Below are positions 1 through 10,766 of a stretch of DNA of 64,000 nucleotides, one piece after another (positions within the stretch are counted from its first letter, which is position 1; the number at the start of each line of letters is the position of its first letter). Origin of the DNA: a virus; the IMG/VR virus record IMGVR_UViG_3300002925_000022, positions 26,081 to 90,080 of that record; one strand, given 5' to 3'. The notes under the pieces are model-generated. The model was not told where the DNA came from. It saw nothing but the letters and a program-made list of their open reading frames with translations, and did no database searches. A program made the position numbers and the translations under genes.

Positions 1-1875
1 TCTGTTCTCTCTGACATTAGAAAGGTACCTAAAGCTAGGCCCTCCAAACTCTCGAATCCTAAAGTTGTTATCAGGTTCAATACCAACCGACCGAATGAAG
101 GTCTTGACCGAGTGGATGGTGCCTTTAGAACGGAGAACATCCTGGAGGTTGAGGAGTACCCTTCTCCAAATTTGGTTCTGAATGTACTGAAGAGAGTAGT
201 CGTTGGTGCTTATTTGGTTATCCAGGTTCTCCGCATTGATGAACTGAACAATTGAAGACCCTGTAAATAACGGGGGCAAAGTAATGCCGAATTTGTCTGC
301 AAAAAGTTGCAGGAAGGAATCAGGGATTGTATCCGTGGAATCATAATCCAGGTGCAACAGATCGCCGAAAGCCTGGATGTACAGTTTCAATTCGTCGAAG
401 AACTTAGCCCAAATATAGAGAAGCATGAGAATGACTTGTGTGTCTCCCAGCTTTGCTGTATCTGGAGTTGTACCCCCTACTGCCAAGGCGTCAATAATCG
501 TTCCTTCCTCGGTAATAAGGCCATCTTGGTCTTGCCCTTGGAGGAGGTAGTGTTTGGGGATAAGTCGATCAATGCGATTGGGGTTTACACGGTCGAATTC
601 TTCAGCCTGTTCAAGCAACTCATTATTCAGTTTTTCCAATTCTGGGTGTAACGGGAAAAGAATGGGGTTGTTTGCCAGCTTCTCGTAGGTCATAGGAGAA
701 GGGCCAGCAACGGAAGCTGTTGGGATATTGCGGATATTCTTACTGAAAGCCCAGTCAGACAAAGTACCGTGCAGAGAGTTTCCAGAGTGATCAAGCACGA
801 GAGGGCTTTGGGAACCTGAAGGTTCATTAAACCGCATATACAGTTTGAGGTTTGGCTGAGCAAAGACATTCTTCCGCATGTATTCGTCCCGTTCCTGTTG
901 AGAACGGTTCACATGCCAGAATCGAAGTTCGTCAATTGCACCAGAAAGAGTATTGGATCCAGTAAAGAAGGGGACGGCTGATCCAGAACCAATGATAAGG
1001 TCGGCCGAATCCATGTTCATCAGACCGATCTCAATACCGGCACTGGAACTGTTGGAAAAAACCCCATTCACATAGCCGAAAACCTTGTTTACGTTTGATC
1101 TTCTGTCCCAAACAAAAGCAATGTGGTTCCACTGTCCTTTTGGCACTACTGCATCAGTCATGACACTATAAGTTCCAGAATGGAACCCAATACTAACTTT
1201 GCCGAGAGTGCTTGACCCGGTTGCTGCCAAATATACACCAAACCCGTGAGTGCCACTGACTGGAGAAGTGGTGAACTTGTGCAGGATAAAAGAACCAGAG
1301 TTCGTTTGAGCGGGCAAATAGAGTTGGAACTCAATGGTCATGTCATTGAGTCCTGGATTCAGGATAGACCGTCCTGTAAGATTACGGGAGATACCAGGAT
1401 AGGCCACACCTGCCACATCCTTGACGGTTACATAAGTACCGCTCAAGCCTGTTTCAGAAGGGGTGGTTCCGCTAAGGAACAGGTACGTCGTACACTTCGG
1501 TAATTGGTCGTAGACGTACTTCTCGAACCCTGTCAAGCTGTCCATAAAAACTTCAAACTCAGCCTGAGTCCCATCAAATGGGAACTGGTCATACATCTTC
1601 CGAAAGGCCACGTTGGTTTTCACATGGGCGCTGTTAAAGAAGGTATGATTTTCAAAGGCTGACCAATCAACATTGAGTTGCTGGGTGCTCTTAATCCCGT
1701 CTCCTAGAAGGTTATACCGGAAAGAACCGGAATGATCAAGGGCGGTAAAAGACAGGGTTTCGTAATCTACCTTATGATAGGTGTTTGAACCCATGTCATT
1801 TTCAGCCACCTGTCGAATTACCGCCGGGGAGAACAAAACAGGTCTATTTTGCCTTAGGTTTCTTGGATTTGCCAT
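1..1875 (-). CDS. Large virion/baseplate protein with LamG (ConA-like) domain; runs off the window edge (3' partial)
   Basis: Not in the ORF track. ATG at 1875 overlaps the upstream TAA (TAATG) and the frame stayed open through the stretches I translated down to base 1 (MANPRNLRQNRPVLF...GQWNHIAFVWDR...LSGAIDELRFWH...). WNHIAFVW and IDELRFW are LamG-type motifs. Confidence 0.75.
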   Translation of the reverse strand, partial: MANPRNLRQNRPVLFSPAVIRQVAENDMGSNTYHKVDYETLSFTALDHSGSFRYNLLGDGIKSTQQLNVDWSAFENHTFFNSAHVKTNVAFRKMYDQFPFDGTQAEFEVFMDSLTGFEKYVYDQLPKCTTYLFLSGTTPSETGLSGTYVTVKDVAGVAYPGISRNLTGRSILNPGLNDMTIEFQLYLPAQTNSGSFILHKFTTSPVSGTHGFGVYLAATGSSTLGKVSIGFHSGTYSVMTDAVVPKGQWNHIAFVWDRRSNVNKVFGYVNGVFSNSSSAGIEIGLMNMDSADLIIGSGSAVPFFTGSNTLSGAIDELRFWHVNRSQQERDEYMRKNVFAQPNLKLYMRFNEPSGSQSPLVLDHSGNSLHGTLSDWAFSKNIRNIPTASVAGPSPMTYEKLANNPILFPLHPELEKLNNELLEQAEEFDRVNPNRIDRLIPKHYLLQGQDQDGLITEEGTIIDALAVGGTTPDTAKLGDTQVILMLLYIWAKFFDELKLYIQAFGDLLHLDYDSTDTIPDSFLQLFADKFGITLPPLFTGSSIVQFINAENLDNQISTNDYSLQYIQNQIWRRVLLNLQDVLRSKGTIHSVKTFIRSVGIEPDNNFRIREFGGPSFRYLSNVRENR

Positions 1876-3410
1876 TATGGAACCACCTTAAACCGGAATC
1901 CTTCACCTGTAATAAGGTAATCCTGCCCATTTTCAGTGATCTTGAACTCCAGTTCATAGACGACCAGAGTGTTCAGGTCGGACATGTACATATCAAAGTA
2001 CATGCCAATTCCATCAGAAGATAGCCTTGTAGCTGTGGAGTGGAATGGAATAACAACCCGCCTGGAGAATGCCTCAATAAGCCTCCAGGTCATCTGTTGG
2101 CAAATGAGCGACTTGATTGGCCTCGGAACGTGCAGGACTGGTAGTTCTGTATTCCTATCCTGGACGAACACTCGCAGCCTAACCACATCCTGCGATCCGT
2201 AATCAGTCTTCAAGTTGGTGACATTCACCACAAAGTTTCTCTCAGCCACTACTTCTTCTTGGCTTTGCGGCAGAGAGAACTCAAGGAAAGCTCCTGAACT
2301 GTACAGAACCGTTCCATCCAAGCTCTTCCAATAGGTCTGGAACGTAGCCGTCTTGTCCGATCCCAGGTAGCTGGCAAGAACAGCATTCGAACCAGGGTCC
2401 AAGATCACTGATGCCTGGTAATACCCCAAAAGTGGGATATTGCCAGGCAGAGTGGATTGAGATCCGGTAAAAGAAGCAGAGTAATAGGCGTAGCTTCCCG
2501 TCTTATAAGTGATGGAACTGGAGAAATTCTGGAAATACGAAGAAGTAGTAATGGTGATGCTCTTAGAGGCCACCATTACCAGCAACAAACAGTTCGACCC
2601 GGTTACCTGATTTACGCCTGACACAAAATTGACGTACTGACCATTTACGGTCTTGTAAGTGCGAACTGTATTTGTTTGCCCAAATACCAACTGGTTTCCA
2701 TCATCCTGAATCGCGTCAGAATATTGAAAAATCAGCTTGGGATGAAGGAGATTGTTCCTGGTGTGGCGACTCCCGAACCTCTTAACAAAGTAGCTGTTGC
2801 TGTCCTCTTCCAGTGAGGAACTAAAAGCCAATCTCCAACCGTAATCTGGTAAAATTCCTGCCAGGGTGGCCGAGACGATGGTGGTAACATCCATCAGGAG
2901 GTCTTCGTCTCCACGGTAGAAGGTTTGCTTCACTTCGTAACCGGTAAAGTAATCAGAACCAGCCCCGCCAGCGCCCGTAATAGCCCAAGGAGAGGGCGTT
3001 CCAGAGGTGACTGATGCCGTAACCCAGTTGGCAGCATCGAGGTCTCTAAAGGCCCTTACATCGCTTCCTCGACCCTCATTCCAGGACTTGGACAATGGAT
3101 TGAGAACAAGAGTGAAGTTGGAGGGTGTTGTCTGTCCTCCATAGACTTCCTTTAGGGAAAGGTAGCACTTAAAAGAAGGGTCGGAAATGCTTACCTTGGA
3201 ACCTGTGAGGGCTTGAATGCCCGAGAGGTCGGCATGAATAAGGGCTCTTGATTTCTCAATGATTGGAGTGGAACCGGAAATTGCCTGAGTCCAAATCTTA
3301 AAAAGGTCAATGGTGCCAGCTTGGCCAACATTGGACGTGATAGAACCAGACCCAGCAACACGCTTATCGGTGATGTAGGTGTCCTTGTCAATGGCCAGGA
3401 GTCTGTACAT
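1875..3410 (-). CDS. Conserved virion structural protein (DNRLRE/CBM96-like N-terminal region)
   Basis: 511 aa. DTYI...SRALIHADLS...W.EG.G...DVT.IV...GWRL...F.SR pattern typical of huge-phage baseplate-region proteins; lies within the baseplate operon. Confidence 0.55.
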   Translation of the reverse strand: MYRLLAIDKDTYITDKRVAGSGSITSNVGQAGTIDLFKIWTQAISGSTPIIEKSRALIHADLSGIQALTGSKVSISDPSFKCYLSLKEVYGGQTTPSNFTLVLNPLSKSWNEGRGSDVRAFRDLDAANWVTASVTSGTPSPWAITGAGGAGSDYFTGYEVKQTFYRGDEDLLMDVTTIVSATLAGILPDYGWRLAFSSSLEEDSNSYFVKRFGSRHTRNNLLHPKLIFQYSDAIQDDGNQLVFGQTNTVRTYKTVNGQYVNFVSGVNQVTGSNCLLLVMVASKSITITTSSYFQNFSSSITYKTGSYAYYSASFTGSQSTLPGNIPLLGYYQASVILDPGSNAVLASYLGSDKTATFQTYWKSLDGTVLYSSGAFLEFSLPQSQEEVVAERNFVVNVTNLKTDYGSQDVVRLRVFVQDRNTELPVLHVPRPIKSLICQQMTWRLIEAFSRRVVIPFHSTATRLSSDGIGMYFDMYMSDLNTLVVYELEFKITENGQDYLITGEGFRFKVVP

Positions 3411-3599
3411 GTCGGTAAATAGCCCGCTATTGCTTCTTGGAAGCTAACATCTGTTCTTTGGTTCCCCCCAGCTTCTTACGGGCTTCTATGGTTTCATGGT
3501 TCTTTTTACGGTCATTTAAATCTTTGTTAAGAACTTCTGTCCCGCCACAGTTCGCCCATACATTGTTGAGGGCGGCACAGATGGAGTGTAGGGTTTGTG

Positions 3600-5444
3600 T
3601 TACAGTACCGAACCAATCAGGTCGTTGTCCTTGTAACGGACTTCAAAGATTGAACCAGGGGGGCCAATCACCAGACCACGATTGATATTGGCTGCCACAT
3701 CAAACTGGACATCGGAGTAGGTTCGAGTTCCAATGGTTCCGGTCACATTTCGGATATTCAAGCTTTGAAGAGAGATGACCCCGGTATTGTTGTAGATGAT
3801 ATTGCGGATATCATCAAGGATGATTGGCTGGTCAATTTCAAAGAACTTGATATTGAAATACTGTTTTAGGCGTGCCAGAACGTTGCTGAGAACCAAAGCT
3901 CGATTGTGGTTGGGGTCAACAACGAGCACGAATTCAACCTGGAGATTGATTACCTGGGCATCCAGGATATCAATGGCATCAGAAATCATCCGATAACCGT
4001 TGAGGTACTGAGCAAGGTTTTTCTTCAGGGAATCAGGTGAAACAATCAATTGTCCGCTTGTGTTCCTGGAAATGATGTACAAGAGTGAGGAAAGCGGGTT
4101 ATTTGGATTAGACCGAATAGAGGCCCTGAACACCCTGCCAAAGTTAGCTGGCATTGTATAAACGCGGGCAAGGAGGTCTTCCTTAGTCACGATACGTGAC
4201 TGCGAAGCTCTTGCACCGCCGACCCTAAGCTTCAGTTCCTCCAGGTTTGGTGCATCTTCTCCACCGGAAGCTGGCTGATCGTTCCTTGCACTGAAACTCT
4301 GCCTGACTCTGGCAGCTACATCCGCTGTTGGAGACCTTGGGAAACCGATGACAAGGTTGATAATGTTTGAGATGGATCCAGCCCCAACATTATGAGATAG
4401 GCCGCCACCATACCTATATTCAACAGTAATCGTAGTGTTGGTCCCAATCACTCCCAAGGTTGTTGTCCGTAGAAGATTGGTTGGGTTCAAGGTGAACCGA
4501 GAGAAGGTCTTCTTGCCGTACAAAGGCAGAGCAAACTCGGAAGGGTCGGGAACAATATCGTTGTCCAGACTCTCAGCATTACCACCCCCGAAGGTCAAGG
4601 TGGTAAGGCGAGTGTCAATGGACATCTCACGGAGAAAACGATAGGGGCATGGAATGATCTGAAGGTTCTCCTTTACCAGATCTCCATCCTCATTCTGGTT
4701 CGCCATGGCTTGATAGATGGTATCCTGGGCCAGGTACCCAACTTCATAGTAGGTGTTGCCTTGGGTGTCCCTTACGGAAATCACTTGGGTCACATTCTCT
4801 TGGCTGAGGGTGAACTTCTTGAAAGCCTCAAAAGTTGTAACTGTGAATGATTCCGTGCCTCTGAATCCTGAAATCCCGACCTCTGTGCGTTCCAGAACGA
4901 AATGAGTCACTTGGTTGTTGGCGTCTCTTTGAGAAATTCGGACGTTGGCCAGAAGAGTGCCTGTGTTGTCAACATCTGCAAAGTCAATGTCCTCCGTCAG
5001 TTCAAACTGAATGCCGTTCTGGGCCTGAACTCTTGTGCCAGCATATATGATAGGCATAGCTGTTTTTGAAGGCACTGGAGGGCTCACAGTGGTATCAGCG
5101 GGCACTTCACAAGAGAAGGTAATGTTGACTACCGCCGGAGAAGCCCCGACGATCTCTACCCCAGCCGAACGGATATGAGCCTGGATATTTCGAGCTTCTA
5201 CAGCTGTTTCTGGATTTAGTTCATGAAACTGATGGTCAAGATAAAAAGATTGTACATCACCAATGTAAGAGGCAAGTTCCAAGAAAAGACCACCCAAACC
5301 GGTTTCAGAGAAATCTTTGATCCGGTCTGGGAAGTGGATACGAGCATATTCGTACAAATCGGCTCGGAACCCATCAAAATCCTTATTCAGATACTTCCGT
5401 TGCTTAACGGTCTTCAGGAGTTGATTGCGGCTGTCTACGGGCAT
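3600..5444 (-). CDS. Baseplate wedge subunit (T4 gp6 / baseplate J-like)
   Basis: 614 aa. YLNKDFDGFRADL...LELASYIGDVQSFYLD...ASGGEDAPNLEEL...RIVTKEDLLAR motifs; adjacent to a gp25-like gene. Confidence 0.8.
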   Translation of the reverse strand: MPVDSRNQLLKTVKQRKYLNKDFDGFRADLYEYARIHFPDRIKDFSETGLGGLFLELASYIGDVQSFYLDHQFHELNPETAVEARNIQAHIRSAGVEIVGASPAVVNITFSCEVPADTTVSPPVPSKTAMPIIYAGTRVQAQNGIQFELTEDIDFADVDNTGTLLANVRISQRDANNQVTHFVLERTEVGISGFRGTESFTVTTFEAFKKFTLSQENVTQVISVRDTQGNTYYEVGYLAQDTIYQAMANQNEDGDLVKENLQIIPCPYRFLREMSIDTRLTTLTFGGGNAESLDNDIVPDPSEFALPLYGKKTFSRFTLNPTNLLRTTTLGVIGTNTTITVEYRYGGGLSHNVGAGSISNIINLVIGFPRSPTADVAARVRQSFSARNDQPASGGEDAPNLEELKLRVGGARASQSRIVTKEDLLARVYTMPANFGRVFRASIRSNPNNPLSSLLYIISRNTSGQLIVSPDSLKKNLAQYLNGYRMISDAIDILDAQVINLQVEFVLVVDPNHNRALVLSNVLARLKQYFNIKFFEIDQPIILDDIRNIIYNNTGVISLQSLNIRNVTGTIGTRTYSDVQFDVAANINRGLVIGPPGSIFEVRYKDNDLIGSVL

Positions 5445-5455
5445 TGAAGTTATCC

Positions 5456-5929
5456 TTAAATAACAAACAAGAGCAGTTCTAGGGCTTTTTCCACAATCCC
5501 TAGTTGAGGCACGCTATAGACTACCAGAATGACAATCCTTCCGGTGTACCGGTTGTCAATGAATTCCGGCCTGCTATCAAACCCCACCAAGGTGATGAAG
5601 GGCATCCACTTTGCCACTGCCGTATTGATCCGAATCATAGCTTCAGCATCAAAATCCTCCTTGGAGGAGAACTCGGTTACAAGCGGCCGTAAATTAGCCC
5701 CCAGATCGTAGTGGACCAGCCTCTCTCCATGATTGGTCAAAAGAAGGTTGCGGAGGTTGTCATGAACCACATCCTGGATGTTGGTGTACATGGCCAGGAT
5801 GCCCTCTCCAGCATCTCCTAATTGCACTGGTGTTTTGATCCCGATCGGCGTAATACTCGCAGGAGTTGTCAGAACGTTCTGAGGCTGAAACTGTCGAATC
5901 CCAACATTTTTGAAGCTCTGGAGCGCCAT
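5456..5929 (-). CDS. Baseplate wedge protein, T4 gp25-like / GPW family
   Basis: DNLRNLLLTNHGERLVHYDLGANL motif (gp25 family). Likely start is the ATG at 5929, preceded by TATTTA-N5. Confidence 0.85.
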   Translation of the reverse strand: MALQSFKNVGIRQFQPQNVLTTPASITPIGIKTPVQLGDAGEGILAMYTNIQDVVHDNLRNLLLTNHGERLVHYDLGANLRPLVTEFSSKEDFDAEAMIRINTAVAKWMPFITLVGFDSRPEFIDNRYTGRIVILVVYSVPQLGIVEKALELLLFVI

Positions 5930-5963
5930 AACGGTAAATATCCCGCTTCCCAAAGCTGTAAGA

Positions 5964-6296
5964 TTAGGTCAGATTGTGACGGGAAAGAATTGCCTGAATA
6001 CGGGCTATTTCTGTTCTAAGTGATGAAATAGAGGCTATAATGCTCTGTCGATCAATCTCATCCTTGCAGGTCTGAGTGATAAGCTGAATCAAAAAGTCAA
6101 ATAGAGCATCCGTTCTCTCTTGAGCTGATTTTTCAGCCACCTCTTGTTGAATACTCTCTAGATTTGGGGGTGGTGGAGGCGTATTTGGATCCGAATGTGA
6201 AGCTAGATTGCCTGAAGGTGGTTGGAACTTTGCAATGTTCAGTTCGGCTGGCCGCAAAACATCCTCCATGTCTCTCTTGGTAATTCTATCTGTCAT
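5964..6296 (-). CDS. Hypothetical protein
   Basis: 110 aa, co-oriented and tightly packed in the operon. Confidence 0.55.
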   Translation of the reverse strand: MTDRITKRDMEDVLRPAELNIAKFQPPSGNLASHSDPNTPPPPPNLESIQQEVAEKSAQERTDALFDFLIQLITQTCKDEIDRQSIIASISSLRTEIARIQAILSRHNLT

Positions 6297-6299
6297 GGC

Positions 6300-7970
6300 T
6301 TAACCCTGATTTTCCTTATTGACAAATACCCACTTGGAACGGCAAGGCGCAATTTTACTCTTGAAATTAACGTCGGTTGCTTTGATTTGAACCTTTGCAA
6401 CGTTGGTTATCACCTTCAAGCTCACGAGAGCTGGAATCGGTGAAAATGGGCCTGCTGCATTCGGGGCCGGTATACCTTGGGATCCCAGGTTCCCAATCTG
6501 ATCTGCAATGGTATCTCGCAATTTTTCAATCTTGTTATATACTTCCTCCATGCACTCCTTGAACCTGGAATACAGGACAATCGGATCGGCGTCATCTGTA
6601 GCAGCAGTCTTGCACCGCAGAAGAACTTTCCCATCCTCATGAGTCTGCATCTGGATATCTTTGCCCACCATGACCACTCTTCCTTCCTTGGTCATGACAA
6701 ACAAAGAAAGATCCTTATCTTCTACTGTTCCTTCTTTGATTAGCCGAATTTGTCCGTTCTCTGAAGGTCCATTGTCATCGTCTTTCTTTGTAGCAATCAT
6801 CCGTAACTGTTCGGATTTGAGAACGATGAAAGGTTGGCCGTTCTCTCCATCTTCTGGAAGGTCTTCAATCTCCTGCATGAGATGATCTCCAGACGATGAA
6901 AAGATCCCATTGTTACCCCCGAAGGTAACATTAAAGTTCTTATCACCCTTTGTCTTCATGGAGATATAGATCCTAGAAAGGTCACGCATGAAGTCGGGGT
7001 CTCCCTCGTTTGGGTTATCCATCTTCTGGCTCTTGTAAGGGGTCTTATAGACCTCCTTCTTGTTCCTGACGTTCTGGATTACCCTAGGAGAAGTAGGGTT
7101 AAAGTTGCCTGCCGTCGGATCAACGTTCTCGTTGGCAGGGAGCTTGCGGATGGATCCAACACCGGCAACAAGATCAATTGTCCCAGCTTTCTCTAGAATA
7201 TCCTGTCCGTTAGAACCAGTCACCGGGACCACCGGCCCTGTACGGTCGGTTCCAAGACGAATCAAAGCATTGTTTGAACCTTGCAAAAGCAAGTCCCCTG
7301 GCCTCTTTTTTACACGTGGTACAGGTTCCCAGGTGAACAATGCCGAAGCACTGGCTTTATTTACAATGTCGTCGTAGGGATTGGTTGAACCTGAAGGCTG
7401 AAGAGAAAAGGACTCCGGCGTTCCGGCTCCATTGGGGAAGGTGGGAGCGGAAGCAGTGAGTCTGCTTAGGATATTAGGGGTCATGTTGCGGGGATGATTG
7501 TAAGGATCAAAGATCCGATCCCCGTGAGTGTAGTTGACATCTTCAATCTGGCGAGCAGCCATTGGCCTAGTCAGCCAATACCCCACTGAGTTCCCTGTTC
7601 TGTAATAATCCTCGTATATAATGAGGACTTGTTCCCCCGGCTTCACCGGAAGTTGGAAATGACTGGGGAACATTGGGTAGAAAATATGAAGGCTAGGATG
7701 ACCGAGGTCTTGTCCGTTGGTAATCACCCTAGCGATGATGGAGTTGTAAGGCATACCCTCCACCATCTCTGGATTGACAACCGTGTCCTCCAAATCATCC
7801 ATCTGTTCATTTGTCAGTGATGTAGGGTCGTAGATAACTTCCACAACCACAGCTCGCTGAAGGGTCGGTGCTTGTCCCCCAAAGAGCTGATCTCTCTGTT
7901 GTTGCGTAGTATCATTTAGGCTAACTCCACCCGTTAGCCCCCGACCAGCATTGAATCCACGATTGTTCAT
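6300..7970 (-). CDS. Baseplate hub/spike protein (gp5/VgrG-like OB-fold N-terminus)
   Basis: 556 aa. PMFPSHFQLPVKPGEQVLII, PGDLLLQGSNNALIRLG and IYISMKT motifs; baseplate context. Confidence 0.6.
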   Translation of the reverse strand: MNNRGFNAGRGLTGGVSLNDTTQQQRDQLFGGQAPTLQRAVVVEVIYDPTSLTNEQMDDLEDTVVNPEMVEGMPYNSIIARVITNGQDLGHPSLHIFYPMFPSHFQLPVKPGEQVLIIYEDYYRTGNSVGYWLTRPMAARQIEDVNYTHGDRIFDPYNHPRNMTPNILSRLTASAPTFPNGAGTPESFSLQPSGSTNPYDDIVNKASASALFTWEPVPRVKKRPGDLLLQGSNNALIRLGTDRTGPVVPVTGSNGQDILEKAGTIDLVAGVGSIRKLPANENVDPTAGNFNPTSPRVIQNVRNKKEVYKTPYKSQKMDNPNEGDPDFMRDLSRIYISMKTKGDKNFNVTFGGNNGIFSSSGDHLMQEIEDLPEDGENGQPFIVLKSEQLRMIATKKDDDNGPSENGQIRLIKEGTVEDKDLSLFVMTKEGRVVMVGKDIQMQTHEDGKVLLRCKTAATDDADPIVLYSRFKECMEEVYNKIEKLRDTIADQIGNLGSQGIPAPNAAGPFSPIPALVSLKVITNVAKVQIKATDVNFKSKIAPCRSKWVFVNKENQG

Positions 7971-8030
7971 GAGGATCTCTTCTCTGAATTACATAGACGA
8001 TGCCTCAAAAATGAGAAAGTGCCCAAGCCA

Positions 8031-8480
8031 TTAGTGCTTGTTCTTGTTCTTGCTTTGGTTGATCTGGTTGTAAATGTCTTCTTCCGACATCTTCTCTTCT
8101 TCAACTTTTGGCGAGTTAGCTTCTGCATTAGCTACCAACTCAGCCAGCTTCAGTAGTTGGTCGGTAGCCTTGGACATCCTCTCCATGTACTTAGAGAGCG
8201 TTTGCCCATGGATGGCATGTTCGGCAGGGCGAGAATGCACAGCTACGTATAAGTCTGCAAACACGAGATAAGCATTTTTACGGTCAGTCACCGCATTCTC
8301 GTAAATCTGTTTCCAGAGCTGCTTCTTTTTGTCAAGGCTTTTATCCAAGGAGTTGAGAAGGTCGCCAAATGCCTTCATTTGTTCCTTAGTCTGCTTGTCC
8401 AACTCTTTAACAGGGATTGGTTTGAACTCAATATCTGGAAGGACGTTCACAGCCGCCTTATCAAAAAAATCGTCACTCAT
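8031..8480 (-). CDS. Conserved hypothetical phage protein (helical)
   Basis: 149 aa, in operon with the sigma factor. Confidence 0.6.
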   Translation of the reverse strand: MSDDFFDKAAVNVLPDIEFKPIPVKELDKQTKEQMKAFGDLLNSLDKSLDKKKQLWKQIYENAVTDRKNAYLVFADLYVAVHSRPAEHAIHGQTLSKYMERMSKATDQLLKLAELVANAEANSPKVEEEKMSEEDIYNQINQSKNKNKH

Positions 8481-8487
8481 CGGTCCT

Positions 8488-9249
8488 CTATTTCGTCATT
8501 TCTTCCTTGACCACTCGATACTGTTTTTTTAAAGAAGAAAGAACAATGGATAGCTGTTTGCTCGACAACCCTGTAATTTCACGAATGTAGAGCATGACAG
8601 CCCTTTTGCTAAGTAGATCAACGTTGTCAATGTTCTTAATCAGGATCTCAATGGCATCCAAACAGGAACGTTCGTTCTCCGTTTTGACTTTCTCCTTGAG
8701 CGCATCCACCAACTGCGGTAGCTTCCTTGAGAGATCTTCATTGATGAGAACATCCTCGGGCGAAGGAAGGATGTTCTGCTTCTCAATCAAGTGAAGATCA
8801 TGTTTGGATAAATCCTCTCGGTTATCAAGAGACACGTAGTTCTGAATCGACTTTACGTTTTGCTTGGAACGAATGGTAAGCCAGTGATTGGCAACCACGT
8901 TGAAATAGGAGAAAGCCTTGGTCCCCCTATCCTTCTTCCACTTATCAATACTCCCATATAAGAACTCCAGACATTCATTCTTTAAGTCATCCCTGGACTC
9001 ATAGAGAACATGATAGCCATAAACATTGATTAGGTTCTCTACCAAGGCAGAGAAAGCAGGTAAGATCTCCATTGCATAGATCTTGTTTCGAACCTCGTGA
9101 TCATAGACCACAGTACCATCAGGTAGTGTCTTTACCGACTCTTGATAGCGGATAATGGCCTCCTGAGCGGCGTCATCAAAGTAATTTCGATAACTCTTCT
9201 CGCCTGGTTTCCTCCGCGATATTTTCTTTTTGGGCGGCGCTGTGGTCAT
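8488..9249 (-). CDS. Phage RNA polymerase sigma factor (sigma-70 region 2 / T4 gp55-like)
   Basis: 253 aa. DDLKNECLEFLYGSIDKWKKDRGTKAFSYFNVVANHW resembles sigma region 2.2-2.4; C-terminal HTH-like IREITGLSSKQLSIVL. Confidence 0.7.
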   Translation of the reverse strand: MTTAPPKKKISRRKPGEKSYRNYFDDAAQEAIIRYQESVKTLPDGTVVYDHEVRNKIYAMEILPAFSALVENLINVYGYHVLYESRDDLKNECLEFLYGSIDKWKKDRGTKAFSYFNVVANHWLTIRSKQNVKSIQNYVSLDNREDLSKHDLHLIEKQNILPSPEDVLINEDLSRKLPQLVDALKEKVKTENERSCLDAIEILIKNIDNVDLLSKRAVMLYIREITGLSSKQLSIVLSSLKKQYRVVKEEMTK

Positions 9250-9581
9250 TAGACTTCTTCCCTGGCAACCTCATGAACTTCAATGTACTTTTGCTTAGAC
9301 CGTTGGGTGAACTTCACCACCATCTTCGCTACAGCCACCTTGGCTGCCTTGACCCCCTCCAAAGCGTTAATGGTTGCCTGTTGAACTTGGGGTGAATCAA
9401 AGAACATTGGAAGAACCAAACAGTCCTCAATTGCCTTCTCTGCTTCCTGAAGCACCTCTGTTGTCTCAGAGAAATCATTCTCTAAAATCAAAATAATGCT
9501 GGCAAACCTCCAAAGGTAAAACCATGAAACTAGGAGCAAGCCAAACAGAAGCAAGCACAGGAGGATCAGAAAGACAACCAT
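9249..9581 (-). CDS. Hypothetical membrane protein
   Basis: 110 aa with a hydrophobic N-terminal helix; start/stop overlaps with neighbours. Confidence 0.55.
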   Translation of the reverse strand: MVVFLILLCLLLFGLLLVSWFYLWRFASIILILENDFSETTEVLQEAEKAIEDCLVLPMFFDSPQVQQATINALEGVKAAKVAVAKMVVKFTQRSKQKYIEVHEVAREEV

Positions 9582-10762
9582 TAACTAGCCTCCAAATGCG
9601 TCAATAGCAGATTGTCATATCGAGCACTAATCGTCTCAAAGTCGTAGAGGATCAGAAGCTTCTTTCGAAGTTCCATAGCCCACTCCTTCGGAATTGAGGG
9701 ACTCTCCGCAAACTTCAGCAATCTTCTCTTGGCATCTTCTTCTGTTGGGTAAGCCCATTGAGCCCCTGGCACAAAGATTTGCCCATCCACTCTGGATTCA
9801 TGAACGGGACCAAGGCGGTGTTCAACCTTCAAGAATCGACCGTGCTTCATAAAATCCATATGCCCCGACCAACCCGTAGCAATTACAGGGAGGCCAGAAG
9901 CAGCAGCTTCCAAGATCGGCAGACCATAGCCTTCGCCATGTGTCAGAGCCACAAGCGCCTTGATCTTAGGGTGGCTATACAGTCCCACCACCTCAGAGTT
10001 GGTCATCGACCCATGCAGAAGGTAGAACTTTGGCCCTGGCCCCTTTTGTACTTGCATAAGAATCTGCATAAGGGCGTTTTGAGTTGCCAATCGGTCGATC
10101 TTGGTGTTCCTCATCATGTTGGTCTTGATTACCACACCAATATCTGGTCGATTGGCGAATACCTCAGCCAACCACTTCAGAGTGTATGGCAGGTTCTTCC
10201 GATCGTTCTCTTGATTGTTTCCGGTAATTTGACCAAAAACTAAAAAGTTGAAATCGGTTGGAATATGACTCAGGTCAATAGAATGCTGTTCCGGGTTCTT
10301 CACCTCGTCAATGAAGCTCTCTGGCACCACCACAATTTCTGTGGTCACTGGACCGGAATTCAGGAAACTCTGCTTGGTGAACTCCGATGGAACAAGCACC
10401 AAGTTCATGTTGTTCACTGCCTCAATCCACTTCGGATTACATCTATCTGCCTCAACCCCTGCTGTCATCCCAATGTTGAAGGCACCCAACATAGGATTCC
10501 ATTCGTTCGGAAGCTGAAGCTGGATGGTCACATCATAAAACGGTTTGGTATTCTCCGTTGCCTGGAGAATCCTTCCAACCAAGCCGTCCTCTGCTTCTAC
10601 ATCCGTCAGCCAGCCCGTGTAACCCCAGTTGAGAGCTTCCACTGCAATGTCCAGGTCTAGTTCTTCTTCCTTGGAAAAGAGCCACTTAGCCACTTGACGA
10701 GCATGAACACCATACCCGGAACATGTCAAAACAGGAGCCCGCAAAAGAACAGTTTTTCCCAT
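9581..10762 (-). CDS. Glycosyltransferase, GT-B fold (GT4-like)
   Basis: SGYGVHARQ N-terminal motif and GEGYGLPILEAAASGLPVIATGWSGH (ExxGxxxxEA). Confidence 0.9.
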   Translation of the reverse strand: MGKTVLLRAPVLTCSGYGVHARQVAKWLFSKEEELDLDIAVEALNWGYTGWLTDVEAEDGLVGRILQATENTKPFYDVTIQLQLPNEWNPMLGAFNIGMTAGVEADRCNPKWIEAVNNMNLVLVPSEFTKQSFLNSGPVTTEIVVVPESFIDEVKNPEQHSIDLSHIPTDFNFLVFGQITGNNQENDRKNLPYTLKWLAEVFANRPDIGVVIKTNMMRNTKIDRLATQNALMQILMQVQKGPGPKFYLLHGSMTNSEVVGLYSHPKIKALVALTHGEGYGLPILEAAASGLPVIATGWSGHMDFMKHGRFLKVEHRLGPVHESRVDGQIFVPGAQWAYPTEEDAKRRLLKFAESPSIPKEWAMELRKKLLILYDFETISARYDNLLLTHLEAS

Positions 10763-10766
10763 GGTA